A stretch of DNA of 49,381 nt from positions 1 to 49,381 of the forward strand of contig DYKV01000004.1 of assembly GCA_020722415.1 (NCBI GenBank). The letters are read 5' to 3'. A model generated the notes under the pieces. It saw only the letters and a program-made list of their open reading frames with translations. It did no database searches and was not told where the DNA came from. Position numbers and translations under genes: made by a program. This DNA comes from Anaerolinea sp. GTDB taxonomy: Bacteria > Chloroflexota > Anaerolineae > Anaerolineales > UBA4823. This document shows positions 33,528 through 43,518 of the stretch, in pieces. Position 1 is the stretch's first letter. Each line of letters starts with the position of its first letter.

Positions 33528-36194
33528 TTATTTATTATCAAAAATATTTTTTATGTCTTTGGATAAGTCTTTCACGACAGGATCGTATTTTTTTACCGTG
33601 CTCGTAATTTGATTTACTACCCGACCCGCATCGTTAGCTGCTTTAGTTATTTTCTGCTTATCTATCGGAGTCTTAGATATGCCTCTTAAGAGCTCGGTCC
33701 CAGGAACGCCCTTGCCTGTCATTGTCTTTTGCAAGTCACTCATCATGACTAAGTTACCTGCCATAGCCTGCGCCTCTGTCGCAGTGTTTATTAATCCGCC
33801 GATTTTCTCCCCGGCTTTATAGCTGTTTATGCCTTTCAAGTCTTTTAGGTTCGTAACTGCTTGTGTGGCTGAGTACTTTCCAGAATTATCGTTTAGAGCC
33901 GACGTAAAGCTGTCGATGTCAGACTGGAATTTATTATTGAAGCTATCTAGGTCGGAAACAAAGTCTCGCTTACCAGTCTTTGGCTGTGAAGCTTTCGAAA
34001 GCTTACTCTCATCTATGTTATTTATACGATTTCTATCTAATAATACCTGCTTGGTTTTCTCTGCGTATGGGCTCTTTTTTAGCGCGTCTCGACTAGACTT
34101 TTTGCCAGAATTATTGACATAGTCTGGATTATATGTGTCCGGGATAGGGCCGTCTAGAGTTTGAGGATACTTGTTAATCGGGAGCTTAGTGCTGCCGTTA
34201 GTCTGTATCTCTTTCAAGCTCGCATCTCCCATATTTTGAACTGATCCTGGTTCTATGCTACCCTCGTTGGTACTTGTCCCACGGTATGCCTGGTTCTGCG
34301 TAGTGCTGCTCTCATCAAACTTGTCACTGATCTTCTGAGTGGGTTCGTCATACTCTGTCTGTGTATTCGAAGAACTTGCCGGCGTGTTGCTTATTTTTTT
34401 ATTACTGCGTTCTAACGGATTTTTGTAGTTGCCTGTGTAAGTGTACTGAAGTGTTATAAAATCTACGGAAAACACAGCGTTATTGTCGAAAACGCTGTTC
34501 CCATCTATAGAGAATTTTAAAATTAAGACCTCGTAAATTTTGTCGGCAATAGTTAAAAATGCACGTGTTTTGTTCTCGACAGCCTTGCTGCCCCTAAGAT
34601 AATTGTCATAAAAATACTCGAAATCATACAACCATTGCTGATTATATGTGTTTAGCAATCGCCCCTGTATGCTTGTAACCTGCGGGCGCTTACCTGAGAA
34701 ATAAATTTTATATTCGTCAGAGATGCTCTGCATAATTTGATAGCGCTCTTCAGAGACATTAGTCATGCGCTCTACGAAAAAACAGTCTATGTAAGTTACT
34801 GACGATTGTTCTAACTTAGTCCAGGCATTTTTGGCAGCAGTGCTGCGAGTGTTCTCGAATAATTTGTCTAACACAAGCTTTATCGATGCTGGAGGGCCGT
34901 CTTGTTTTTCTGCCAGGCCATACGGGTGCTTTTTATCGTATACGTTTTTTAGAATTTTGTTCTCTAAATAAGCTCCCGCACGCATCTCGCTATCGGAAAC
35001 GCTACTTAAATTATTTATCTGTGATGGGGAGATAGACACTGATCTTGGAGGAGTTTGCCCTGTAAGATCGTTTAGGCTTATCTGACTAGGCAGCATAGAC
35101 TGCCACTCAGACTTAGTCTTATTGTCAGACAGGCCCCCAGTTAGATCAGAGTAATAAGAATCCAAAGTGCCTCCGCCAGCACCACGTGCCTGGTTACCCA
35201 CGTCTGGGCCGACTCTGACTACTGTCCCTGTACCATCCGGAAGAGCGCTTGGGGCAAAGATAATATCAGGATTATCTGTAATAGTTGCGCCGTATACGTC
35301 TTTAGACTTGGCTTCTTTCTGGGCCTTGAATAGCTTTCTGGCCGCAGTTTCTGTTTTAGCAATTTCAGTCTTAGAGTTCTTTCCAAGTGCAAGATTGTCC
35401 ACTGCGTGTATGTGCATAGGTTCGTTCGGGTCGTTAAATGCCTCGATTCCGGACACAAGTCCTGTGCTTCCATCTTTAATTTTTTGGTGGAAATCTACCA
35501 TTCGGCGGGTCTTCTCGCCCTTATCTGCGAAGCGTTCGCCTTTGGTCAGGCGTTTGTGTGCGTCCAAGTCGCTCTCATTAGCGGCCTTCTCGCCTTTGTA
35601 TATGACCCCATCTAAATCTATAGCCTGCCCTGTTAGATGTGACGTACCATCATACGCTAAGGCGCCGTCGGCTCGGTATGCCGTATTTACTATATATTTT
35701 TCTATGTTCTTAACTTTGGCAGTATTAATTAGATTATTAGCGAAAGCTTCATCTAGGTAGTATCCCGTAGTTCCAGACTCAGCGCTTGGTGTGCTTGTGA
35801 ATTTAAAATAATTATTATATGGCGGTTTTCTTAGGTCTATAAGCTTTCTGTCGGTGTAACTAACCGTCTGCTCGTTGACTTTGGCCGGCGGATTATTTAT
35901 ACTGCCGTTTTTATTATCAGGCGGCGTGACTTTGCTCGGCATATCTTTGGCGGGAGAACGTGTAACTGCGATCGGCGTGAGAGCATTGTCTAATTCTTTC
36001 TGCTTTAATTTAGCTTCATGGGCAGCATTAGACTTAGCTATTTCTATTTTTATCTGTTTTGATATCTCGGTTTGATAAGCCTGCAGCTTGGCATCGTAAA
36101 CTTCTGCTGAATCAGTGCCGAGCTTTATCGGTGTATCCGGTAAAGTGATATATATCCGGTTACCATATTTATCTTTTTTTACAACGTTCGGCAT
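33528..36194 (-). CDS. Tail-associated protein with a LAS-type (M15-like) zinc peptidase domain
   Basis: 888 aa. SHLTGQAIDLD and EPMHIHAVD fit the (S)xHxxGxAxD ... HxH zinc-ligand signature. It lies directly downstream of the tape measure. Confidence 0.65.
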   Translation of the reverse strand: MPNVVKKDKYGNRIYITLPDTPIKLGTDSAEVYDAKLQAYQTEISKQIKIEIAKSNAAHEAKLKQKELDNALTPIAVTRSPAKDMPSKVTPPDNKNGSINNPPAKVNEQTVSYTDRKLIDLRKPPYNNYFKFTSTPSAESGTTGYYLDEAFANNLINTAKVKNIEKYIVNTAYRADGALAYDGTSHLTGQAIDLDGVIYKGEKAANESDLDAHKRLTKGERFADKGEKTRRMVDFHQKIKDGSTGLVSGIEAFNDPNEPMHIHAVDNLALGKNSKTEIAKTETAARKLFKAQKEAKSKDVYGATITDNPDIIFAPSALPDGTGTVVRVGPDVGNQARGAGGGTLDSYYSDLTGGLSDNKTKSEWQSMLPSQISLNDLTGQTPPRSVSISPSQINNLSSVSDSEMRAGAYLENKILKNVYDKKHPYGLAEKQDGPPASIKLVLDKLFENTRSTAAKNAWTKLEQSSVTYIDCFFVERMTNVSEERYQIMQSISDEYKIYFSGKRPQVTSIQGRLLNTYNQQWLYDFEYFYDNYLRGSKAVENKTRAFLTIADKIYEVLILKFSIDGNSVFDNNAVFSVDFITLQYTYTGNYKNPLERSNKKISNTPASSSNTQTEYDEPTQKISDKFDESSTTQNQAYRGTSTNEGSIEPGSVQNMGDASLKEIQTNGSTKLPINKYPQTLDGPIPDTYNPDYVNNSGKKSSRDALKKSPYAEKTKQVLLDRNRINNIDESKLSKASQPKTGKRDFVSDLDSFNNKFQSDIDSFTSALNDNSGKYSATQAVTNLKDLKGINSYKAGEKIGGLINTATEAQAMAGNLVMMSDLQKTMTGKGVPGTELLRGISKTPIDKQKITKAANDAGRVVNQITSTVKKYDPVVKDLSKDIKNIFDNK

Positions 36195-36207
36195 AGCATC
36201 TCCTTAG

Positions 36208-39200
36208 TTACGTAGGCCGCGGTTTACGACGGGCGGTGTCTTGTGGTGTTTCCGCGGGATCCACGCCATTTACACCTTTTGTTGGTCCGTGCAGTACAGG
36301 CGGACTTCCGGGAGGGCCTAATTTAGCATTAAGAGTTTCAATAGCAGTCGCCAGTTTGTCTAGTATGGCGTTATTTTTTTGAGCCAGCTGTTCGGCCGTC
36401 ATGGCCTTCATACTTTCAGACATGCTCATGTAAACTTGTCTGGATATATCTGCCATTACACCAAATTCTTTGCCGGGCTTTAGATTTTCCAGCTGAGATT
36501 TAACTGCTTCTCGTGTGGCATAATCCATTTTACCAATTAAAGGCCGGAGTTCTTCGGCTGATTTATGCTGCATGAAGCCACGGACGTAGTCTTCAGCAGC
36601 AGATATATTGACCAAGGCGCGCTTGACACTAGGATCATTTACATCTTTGAAGCCGTCTGCCTTAGCCTTTCTAGTGCTATCAGATAACTCAGACTTCCCG
36701 CCACTTAATAAAGTATAATTTAGATACTCCCTGGTCACATCGAGAGACTTCCCACCAAGAACATCGCTTTTTGACTTTAGCAACGTCTCTATAGATGCGC
36801 CTATGACGCCGACATCCGACGTAGATAGAAAATCTCCCACAGCTTTCCTTAAGCCGGAGATTTTATCCGGTTTCTCACTTAGCACAGCCCATAAACTTTG
36901 TAATTTATCATTGCCATAAAGGCGTTTGGCTATATCCCCGTCACTGACGCCGCCCTCCATATCTATTAGGAAGCCATACACGTCAGCTGCATTACTGGCG
37001 TTTATGTATTTATTTCCTTCAGGATCGGAGACTGAAAAATCGCTTTTTAAGATTTTATTTATGCTTTCTATACCAGACTTCTGTCTTTCGGCCACTTCTT
37101 TGAGGTCTTTTGCTAGAACACTATCATAGCTGTTCTTAAAGAACTCATCGCCAGTGAATAGTGTCGTCCCGCCAGATCCTGAAAATTTAGTCGTATCCAA
37201 GCCGGCACCACGTAACTGGCCTAGAATCTTGTTTTGCACAGATCTCGGCATATAGTTCATGGCGTATCTAAGCTCTTTGAATTTATTTCCAAGCTTATCC
37301 GACAAGTCTACTTTTCCGCCTGCAGCACTTAAATCCTGCACGATTGACCCGAATCTTTTATCATATCCTAAAATATCAGCTTCGCCAGTTACCGATGAGA
37401 TAGTAAGGCGTCTAGCAGTCGATATCAAATCTTGAGATAAGACAGGGTCTTTGTCTATGTCAGATGCTGCAGAAACTATGTCTTTTTGACGGTCTATGTA
37501 TTTGCTGTTTTTTAAGTAATCGCTGCTCAGTAAAGTGTTGTACGCACCTAAGTTAGTCTGACGCAAACGAGAGACACCCATACTCAAAGCCATACTATCA
37601 TCTAACGCTGACTTTATGTCACCGTATCTGGCCTCGTCTGACAGATAGTTTCTTTCCAGAGAGTTGTATAATGCATACCCACCAGCAAGAATGGCCCCCG
37701 CGCCAACAACCGGAGCGAGAAACGGCATTGTAGTTCCAGCCAATATTGATGACAATAACCATGTAGAGGCAGCACCAGTCCCTGCACCAACGCCTATAGA
37801 GGCTGCGACATCGGCGGCTTTGCTCCAATCAGACCAGCCTGTCTTACCAACATATTCCCCAGCATACTCCCCCGCGTAGTTACCGAGCTCTCCACCAACA
37901 AACATACTTGTTATCGGTGCTACTATTCTCCCGATCGCCTGCGCTCCTGCTCTGGCGTACCCTGAAAGGCCAATCGCATTGCTAGTCTGCCCACTGGCAA
38001 GCAGGGCCATACTCCTTGATGTAGCCACAGAAGCTAAGAATTCTGAAGATGCTAGTTTTCCAATGCCCAACACGGCGGCGGCAGGCATAAGAGTCTTTGC
38101 TCCGTATACTCCCGCGCCTATGAGAGCGTCCCCACCACCAATAGACGATAAATATTCTCGGTTAGAGTATGCAGCAGCGCCAAGGCCTATCACACCACCT
38201 GCTATGGCCACATATGGGTTAAGTGCGGCCCCAAGCCCAGCCAATGAACCGGTCATACCTGCAGCTTCAACTAACGGCGTGTAGCCCTTAGCTATACCAG
38301 ATACATCAAAGAAATACTTTCCAAATGATGATTTATAGTCTTCCCCGGATATATAGCTATCCAGGCTTCGTTTCTGTTCGTTAAAGAATGAAAACAGGCC
38401 CTGCTGGTATCCAGTATCAGCTCCGAATATCTTCGCCATATTATTGGCTGCCATTGGATCAAGGCCATAGCCTCGGAAAATATTCTCGTAGGCCTCTGTG
38501 TCAGAAGAGTAACCGCGCATTTTAGATACTGCCGAGAATACACGCTTAATGTCACCAAAAGACATATTTCTAGTGAATTCTGACATTCGGACTTCGGCCT
38601 CTCGACGGGCCTCGCCTGACATGGATGCGAAAGTGTTATTTAAATCAGCCAGCAAACTCTCGTTAGATAAAAAGTTGCCGCTAGCAGCATTTATAATGGC
38701 ATTGCTGTCTATGTTACCGGTAAAATCAAAGCCACGATCGGTTTTCTTAAACATAGAACCGATAAGCATGGCTTTAAATTCTCGTGAATTAGTGATATTC
38801 GACATTGCGCGGACGCCAAATACGTTAGCACTGTCTTTGCCTCTCAGTGTATACATGAGGTCGGCGTAAGCATCAGTGCCTATGATACTTTCTCCAAGAG
38901 ACATCTGCCTGATTACATTATTGGCCATGTTAAAGCCCATATTGGCTCCGTAAATAGTGCCTCTAAAAGCTTCTGTGGCCTCGCCAGTTATAGCCAGTAC
39001 TTGATTGGTGCTATAGCCGCTCATGATTGAGGTAGTCCCGATAGTACTGCCGGCAGATCCAATAGCACTAGGACTTGACAGGCCTTGAGATTTTAAAACT
39101 GTGGCAGTCTCCATGGCCTTAGTCGTAGTCTGGCCTAAGGCTTCACCAAGCTTAGCAATTGCGCTATACATGGCGTCGGCTTTTTTAATAAATTCATCTG

Positions 39201-40311
39201 CCGAGTTGCTCTTACCGACTAAGTTAGAACTTGCCATGAGGACATACTTGGCAGTCTCATCCCGCATATTTTCTAAAACAGACCAGCCAGTAAATAATCT
39301 GCCGGCCCAGCCAGTGTCACGAATACCGACAGCGTCGGCGAGCGTGCCGATGACTCCGCGAGCTCGATAATCATCCATAGCACGGGTTTTTATCTCCCGA
39401 GCAATATCTTTAGCAAACGACTTAGATTTAAATTCGCTAGACCCTGCCAGGACACGATCTGATAAGGCCCTAAAAGTGTCACTGATCTCACCCTCTTCTT
39501 GACTGATTATCAGGCCAGAGGAATTCATAATGGCGCCTATGCCAGTATCTATCAATGCAGACGTAGCCATGAAGCTGCCGGTCATGCCTGCAAGGGCTAT
39601 AGGTGCTTTTACTGCTCCAGAAGCCAGAAATCCAGTCAAGCTGCCTAGCTTTCCGGCACTTGCCCCAAAAGCAGGATTAGCCAGACTAGACTCTAACCAA
39701 CTTCCAATACCAAATGGGACTTTGGTGAGCAGATTCTTGACCCCAGTGGCAGCTCCAGTACCCATACTGTTTATGCCAAACTTGGCACCAAGGTCATCCA
39801 CAATACCAAAGGCACCTGACATTAGGCTAGAGATAGGAGCCCCAACAAAATAATCACCAGCAACCATAGCTGGGGAAAGCATAGCGCCGGTGACACTAGA
39901 TACCGCTGAGGATAGTGACCCCAATGCGCCGGTGAGGCCGGCAGCACCACCAAAGCCACTAGCATTTAATAACGCCCTGGTAGTTTCTGGGAAAAAGAAA
40001 GAGGCATTAGCAAAAGTAGAAAGTACCGGAGGTGCGAAATTTAATGCTGATATTGCACCACCGGACGAGAATCTTCCGGCTAACTCATCAATACGATCAC
40101 GATACTCCAGCATACCCATACCAGGAGGCGGAGCCCCGTAACCAGTTATGTTTTTCCTAGTCCAGGCATTGAAAGGGGTTATCTGATTAAAGTTACTGTA
40201 GTCTGCATACGCAGAATTATCATACGCGACGTTGTCAAACTGTCCGTAACCACGCACGTCATATGGGTTAGTGCCTGCACCAATGAAACTCTGCGCCGGG
40301 TTATAGCTCAT
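36208..40311 (-). CDS. Tape measure protein-like
   Basis: 1367 aa with long Gly/Ala/Ser-rich hydrophobic stretches and helical regions. It is preceded by a chaperone-type ORF pair with a -1 slippery site. ATGA overlap with the upstream ORF. Confidence 0.7.
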   Translation of the reverse strand: MSYNPAQSFIGAGTNPYDVRGYGQFDNVAYDNSAYADYSNFNQITPFNAWTRKNITGYGAPPPGMGMLEYRDRIDELAGRFSSGGAISALNFAPPVLSTFANASFFFPETTRALLNASGFGGAAGLTGALGSLSSAVSSVTGAMLSPAMVAGDYFVGAPISSLMSGAFGIVDDLGAKFGINSMGTGAATGVKNLLTKVPFGIGSWLESSLANPAFGASAGKLGSLTGFLASGAVKAPIALAGMTGSFMATSALIDTGIGAIMNSSGLIISQEEGEISDTFRALSDRVLAGSSEFKSKSFAKDIAREIKTRAMDDYRARGVIGTLADAVGIRDTGWAGRLFTGWSVLENMRDETAKYVLMASSNLVGKSNSADEFIKKADAMYSAIAKLGEALGQTTTKAMETATVLKSQGLSSPSAIGSAGSTIGTTSIMSGYSTNQVLAITGEATEAFRGTIYGANMGFNMANNVIRQMSLGESIIGTDAYADLMYTLRGKDSANVFGVRAMSNITNSREFKAMLIGSMFKKTDRGFDFTGNIDSNAIINAASGNFLSNESLLADLNNTFASMSGEARREAEVRMSEFTRNMSFGDIKRVFSAVSKMRGYSSDTEAYENIFRGYGLDPMAANNMAKIFGADTGYQQGLFSFFNEQKRSLDSYISGEDYKSSFGKYFFDVSGIAKGYTPLVEAAGMTGSLAGLGAALNPYVAIAGGVIGLGAAAYSNREYLSSIGGGDALIGAGVYGAKTLMPAAAVLGIGKLASSEFLASVATSRSMALLASGQTSNAIGLSGYARAGAQAIGRIVAPITSMFVGGELGNYAGEYAGEYVGKTGWSDWSKAADVAASIGVGAGTGAASTWLLSSILAGTTMPFLAPVVGAGAILAGGYALYNSLERNYLSDEARYGDIKSALDDSMALSMGVSRLRQTNLGAYNTLLSSDYLKNSKYIDRQKDIVSAASDIDKDPVLSQDLISTARRLTISSVTGEADILGYDKRFGSIVQDLSAAGGKVDLSDKLGNKFKELRYAMNYMPRSVQNKILGQLRGAGLDTTKFSGSGGTTLFTGDEFFKNSYDSVLAKDLKEVAERQKSGIESINKILKSDFSVSDPEGNKYINASNAADVYGFLIDMEGGVSDGDIAKRLYGNDKLQSLWAVLSEKPDKISGLRKAVGDFLSTSDVGVIGASIETLLKSKSDVLGGKSLDVTREYLNYTLLSGGKSELSDSTRKAKADGFKDVNDPSVKRALVNISAAEDYVRGFMQHKSAEELRPLIGKMDYATREAVKSQLENLKPGKEFGVMADISRQVYMSMSESMKAMTAEQLAQKNNAILDKLATAIETLNAKLGPPGSPPVLHGPTKGVNGVDPAETPQDTARRKPRPT

Positions 40312-40670
40312 ATTCTCATCTTTTCACTTTCAGCAGCGGCTTTGGCCTGTCGGTATGATTCTTTATTAAAAGTAACTATAGTATTTTCAAGCTCTTTCAT
40401 CAAGACTGGTAAATTGCGTTCAGATTGAGAGTTAATAACTTCGCTTTCTGGATTAATAATATTGCTCACTTCTAAAATTAGCTTCCTGGCACCCTCACCA
40501 GTGACTACTCCCGAAGATAGCATGGCTAATTTGAATCCTAAATTGTCGTTTAAAGTCTGACCCATATCATAAAAAAACAAAGCCAAATTTCTGAATTCTT
40601 TGTTTTTGATATTATAAACTTTGCTTATGTCTGAATTACTGGCAAGCAGCCTGGAAAGTCTTACGTTCAC
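40308..40670 (-). CDS. Tail assembly chaperone, frameshift-extension part (gpT-like)
   Basis: It lies in the -1 frame relative to 40682..41371 and is open across the junction. It has no convincing RBS of its own (GTG). Confidence 0.55.
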   Translation of the reverse strand: MNVRLSRLLASNSDISKVYNIKNKEFRNLALFFYDMGQTLNDNLGFKLAMLSSGVVTGEGARKLILEVSNIINPESEVINSQSERNLPVLMKELENTIVTFNKESYRQAKAAAESEKMRI

Positions 40671-40681
40671 AGGCCGCCGAA

Positions 40682-41371
40682 TTAGTTTTTTAACGACTCT
40701 TCGTCAGAAAGTTCTAGTCTGATTGCCCGGTCTAGTATGTCCACACCAGTCTGTATAGAAATCAAAGTCATCAAAGGCAGCTTTGATAAGTTTGAAAAGC
40801 GCTCAGACAAGGTTTTTCCAAGAGGCTTGCCATTTAGTCTTAGCAGACAGGCGGCCAGGGATACTCTGGAATGTCTCTGCTGAGCCAGGTCTCTGGGGAA
40901 TGTTCTTAAAAACAGGTCTCGTATTTCATACGCACTGGCGTCTGGGTGTAATGCCTTCAGGCTATCGATCTCTTTCTGATCTTTACTCACGAAGAGCCCG
41001 AACGGATCTTTGCCATATAAATACGAGTCTACGTCTTCCCGTTCTTCGGAGTTCATCATTCTAATTGAAACTGATATGAGCTTGCTGATATCAAAAGTGA
41101 ATTCAGAGTCTTCTTGAAACATGAATTTAACTAATGCGTTCTCATCAACAATGCGCTTTCTTAGCGATTCTAGTAGAGCGATCTGTGATTTGTCTAATCT
41201 GGCAGTAACCAAATCTTTTAAAGGCGTGGGTGACACTGGTGACTCCGACTGCGATTCTGGCAGATCGACCCTGCTGCCGACAGTTATGTCGTGCTGAGGC
41301 TGTGTCTGTGCCTGTGCTTGTGCTTGTATCTGAGGCTGAGTCTGGGGCTTTTCTTTAAAATTATTAGGCAT
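40682..41371 (-). CDS. Tail assembly chaperone (gpG-like) with an N-terminal Gln-rich low-complexity tract
   Basis: 229 aa with RBS GGGAGAAG. First gene after the sigma70-like promoter. The call rests on position and the frameshift architecture. Confidence 0.55.
   Translation of the reverse strand: MPNNFKEKPQTQPQIQAQAQAQTQPQHDITVGSRVDLPESQSESPVSPTPLKDLVTARLDKSQIALLESLRKRIVDENALVKFMFQEDSEFTFDISKLISVSIRMMNSEEREDVDSYLYGKDPFGLFVSKDQKEIDSLKALHPDASAYEIRDLFLRTFPRDLAQQRHSRVSLAACLLRLNGKPLGKTLSERFSNLSKLPLMTLISIQTGVDILDRAIRLELSDEESLKN
40685..40691 (-). promoter_or_regulatory. Canonical -1 programmed frameshift heptamer A_AAA_AAC
   Basis: Minus strand reads tcg tt[A AAA AAC] TAA. A -1 shift reads on into 40308..40670 without a stop. 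Confidence 0.55.
41291..41347 (-). repeat. CAG/CACAG-type low-complexity tract encoding QTQPQIQAQAQAQTQPQ
   Basis: + strand reads gtgctgaggctgtgtctgtgcctgtgcttgtgcttgtatctgaggctgag. Confidence 0.7.
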
Positions 41372-41401
41372 CGTTCTTCTCCCATGGAATATGATACAGA
41401 C

Positions 41402-41430
41402 AGTATACTATGCTGATTAGACAAATGCAA
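41402..41430 (-). promoter_or_regulatory. Sigma70-like promoter for the tail operon
   Basis: Minus strand: TTGCAT, a 17-nt spacer, then TATACT. The -10 ends 30 nt upstream of the ATG at 41371. Confidence 0.55.
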
Positions 41431-41466
41431 TACAGAGTGTTGTGCTGCAGTGCAATAGTGAAATCT

Positions 41467-41935
41467 GAATATGTTACCCACTTAAGATCAGCAGTGAATT
41501 ACAGACAGGGCAAAATCGCGGAGATTGGCTGTATATACAGGGGTACATATTATCCTATTTAAACTGGCTGAATTAGGGATTTTGGATTAATAATTGTTGA
41601 ATGTTACCCACTTTTTTTTACCAGGATATATATGGCAAAAAAGAAAAAGAAAAAGCAAAAATTTGCATATATAATCACTGGTAAAATTGGTGGGTAACGT
41701 GCCTTAATTGTACTACCTTTTTACTACTTACTTACTTACTTAAACTATTATTATTATTATTTATTATAATTATCTATTTATCTATATATTAACTATATAT
41801 CTCTAATAGATTTTCTTTGGGTTTTTATGTACGCCATACATTGATTTTACTAAGGAATCGCAAAGGCGCATGGTTAAGCCAAAACTCACTGTTAGTCTAC
41901 TCTAACTCACCTCTATTGACGCCAAGTGGGTAACA
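41467..41935. repeat. Iteron-like repeats flanking an AT-rich microsatellite tract (candidate replication origin or operator array)
   Basis: TGTTACCCACTT at 41472-83 (+) and 41602-13 (+). ACGTTACCCACC at 41689-700 (reverse) and TGTTACCCACTT at 41924-35 (reverse). (ACTT)4 at 41726-41 and (ATT)5 at 41747-61, in a tract that is almost pure A/T to about 41815. Confidence 0.45.
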
Positions 41936-42118
41936 CAACCGTTTTTTTACTTTCCCTTAACCAAGCACTTTTGCAAGAAAGGTTCCCTGTTAACAGCCGT
42001 AAATACTATACTCACAGAGTGATGCTGAAAATTTGGCAATTTAGACATTCTGATTTTTGGCATTTATAATTATAAAATACAAAAATGCTACGAATATCTT
42101 TTTATAGCTAAAAATTTT

Positions 42119-42134
42119 ACCCCCATACGGGGGT
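42119..42134. other. GC hairpin downstream of the early operon
   Basis: ACCCCC-ATAC-GGGGGT. No clean T-tail on either strand, so terminator function is uncertain. Confidence 0.3.
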
Positions 42135-42228
42135 AATTAAAGTACGAAATAATCTTCGTGTTTAGATCATGTAACAGGACCATAGGGATTTTTGCAGTGC
42201 AGCATAGAACACATAATGCCCAGCCTCC

Positions 42229-43512
42229 CTAGTTAAACTTCCGCGAGGGCTCGGAAATTTTAATTTCTTCAACGCTATTCATCCGTTCTCTTTCGGCCAC
42301 ACAATCGTCGCACCCACTGTCAATATACAAGACTTCTCCAACTGCTTTTATTGCTTCGATTTGACCCAGGTTGCCCAATGCCATAATGTGCTCAATATCA
42401 TTCTCGCTTAGTTTATACACATACTTACTGGGCTCTTTTCTGGATGCATACTTCTTCACGGCTGGATCAAAGACACTTTTATAAAAATCATTTATCAGGT
42501 CATTTTCATCCCGGCTTAATTGTGACAGAGTCGCGGACTGTATTATTGAAGTGTCTTCTTTGATGTTTTTACTGAGAAATAAACTGTCTTCAGCCAGGCT
42601 GCTTTTCTCAAATTCACACGCAAACACTTTATATTTTTTGGCAGCCAGCTCTTTTACGCTTATGTTGTCACAATCAACGAGATTTTTAAAGTTGTCTTCG
42701 ATTCGGGTACTACATAAGACTTTAAGTCCATTCCTCACCTGCCTGCTCATTTCCTCCTTTAGAGTGGAAAACCCCAAGGATATAATTAGTGGCACAGTGG
42801 CTAGGAGTTTTTCTGTCTCTTTGTCTCCGGACTTAAGTATCTTACTCGTAGCTCTGTTTGCCAGAGACACAACCATGTGAGTATCGACGCTCCCGCCGGA
42901 TCGAACATTATTTATTAGATCTGTTATCAAGGTTCTGTTGTCCAGAATCTTCTCTGTGAAGAGAATATTCATGTATTCAGACACAACTTCAGATACGACT
43001 TTGCTTACTTTTATTTTGAAAAGTGCCTTAGAACTTCCCAGCTTCCAATCATCAAAAGTAACGAGTGGCATAACTGCCTTAATCACTCCGTTTAAGATAG
43101 CTCCACTATCTTGCACTATTTTTATACCAGTCCCATCCATTCGGTTTAGTTTAGCCACAAAGCTAAGGCCTACACAGTCCCAGAATATTAATCTAGCCAC
43201 CTCCGGACTGATTTTGTCCCGGCCGGACTGTAGTCGAGCAACGCCGACCATAACCATTAAGTCGACTACCGCGTCCGCCATAGGCTCTGTTATTAGTTCC
43301 GAAGTGTGTGCATCATCTTCCGAATTTAGAAATCCATCGCACAAGAAAATCAGCATGCTGGCAATGTATATTTCTGAAATGATGGCATCATGGGTCTCTT
43401 TTATGAATTTACTGTCATTATCCGGGAAAATATGCTGCAGCACTTTTATTGCCCGGTAAGCAGTATACTTGGTGCAAGAGGGCATATTTTTTTCAGTATT
43501 GCCTGACAACAT
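42229..43512 (-). CDS. Orphan helical protein (427 aa)
   Basis: Long ORF with no motifs I recognise. Confidence 0.65.
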   Translation of the reverse strand: MLSGNTEKNMPSCTKYTAYRAIKVLQHIFPDNDSKFIKETHDAIISEIYIASMLIFLCDGFLNSEDDAHTSELITEPMADAVVDLMVMVGVARLQSGRDKISPEVARLIFWDCVGLSFVAKLNRMDGTGIKIVQDSGAILNGVIKAVMPLVTFDDWKLGSSKALFKIKVSKVVSEVVSEYMNILFTEKILDNRTLITDLINNVRSGGSVDTHMVVSLANRATSKILKSGDKETEKLLATVPLIISLGFSTLKEEMSRQVRNGLKVLCSTRIEDNFKNLVDCDNISVKELAAKKYKVFACEFEKSSLAEDSLFLSKNIKEDTSIIQSATLSQLSRDENDLINDFYKSVFDPAVKKYASRKEPSKYVYKLSENDIEHIMALGNLGQIEAIKAVGEVLYIDSGCDDCVAERERMNSVEEIKISEPSRKFN

Positions 43513-43518
43513 AACTTT

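Noticed and set aside
41632-41697. Mini-ORF MAKKKKKKQKFAYIITGKIGG inside the ori-like region. Its first 29 nt resemble the start of the 29293..29487 gene: GGCAAAAAAGAAAAAGAAAAAGCAAAAAT versus GGCAAAAAAGAAAAATAAAAATAAAAAAT.
   Set aside because: The similarity is confined to a low-complexity A-rich tract. The ORF is 21 codons long, ends inside an iteron, and has only a weak AGGA upstream. It is more likely an A-tract of the origin region than a gene.
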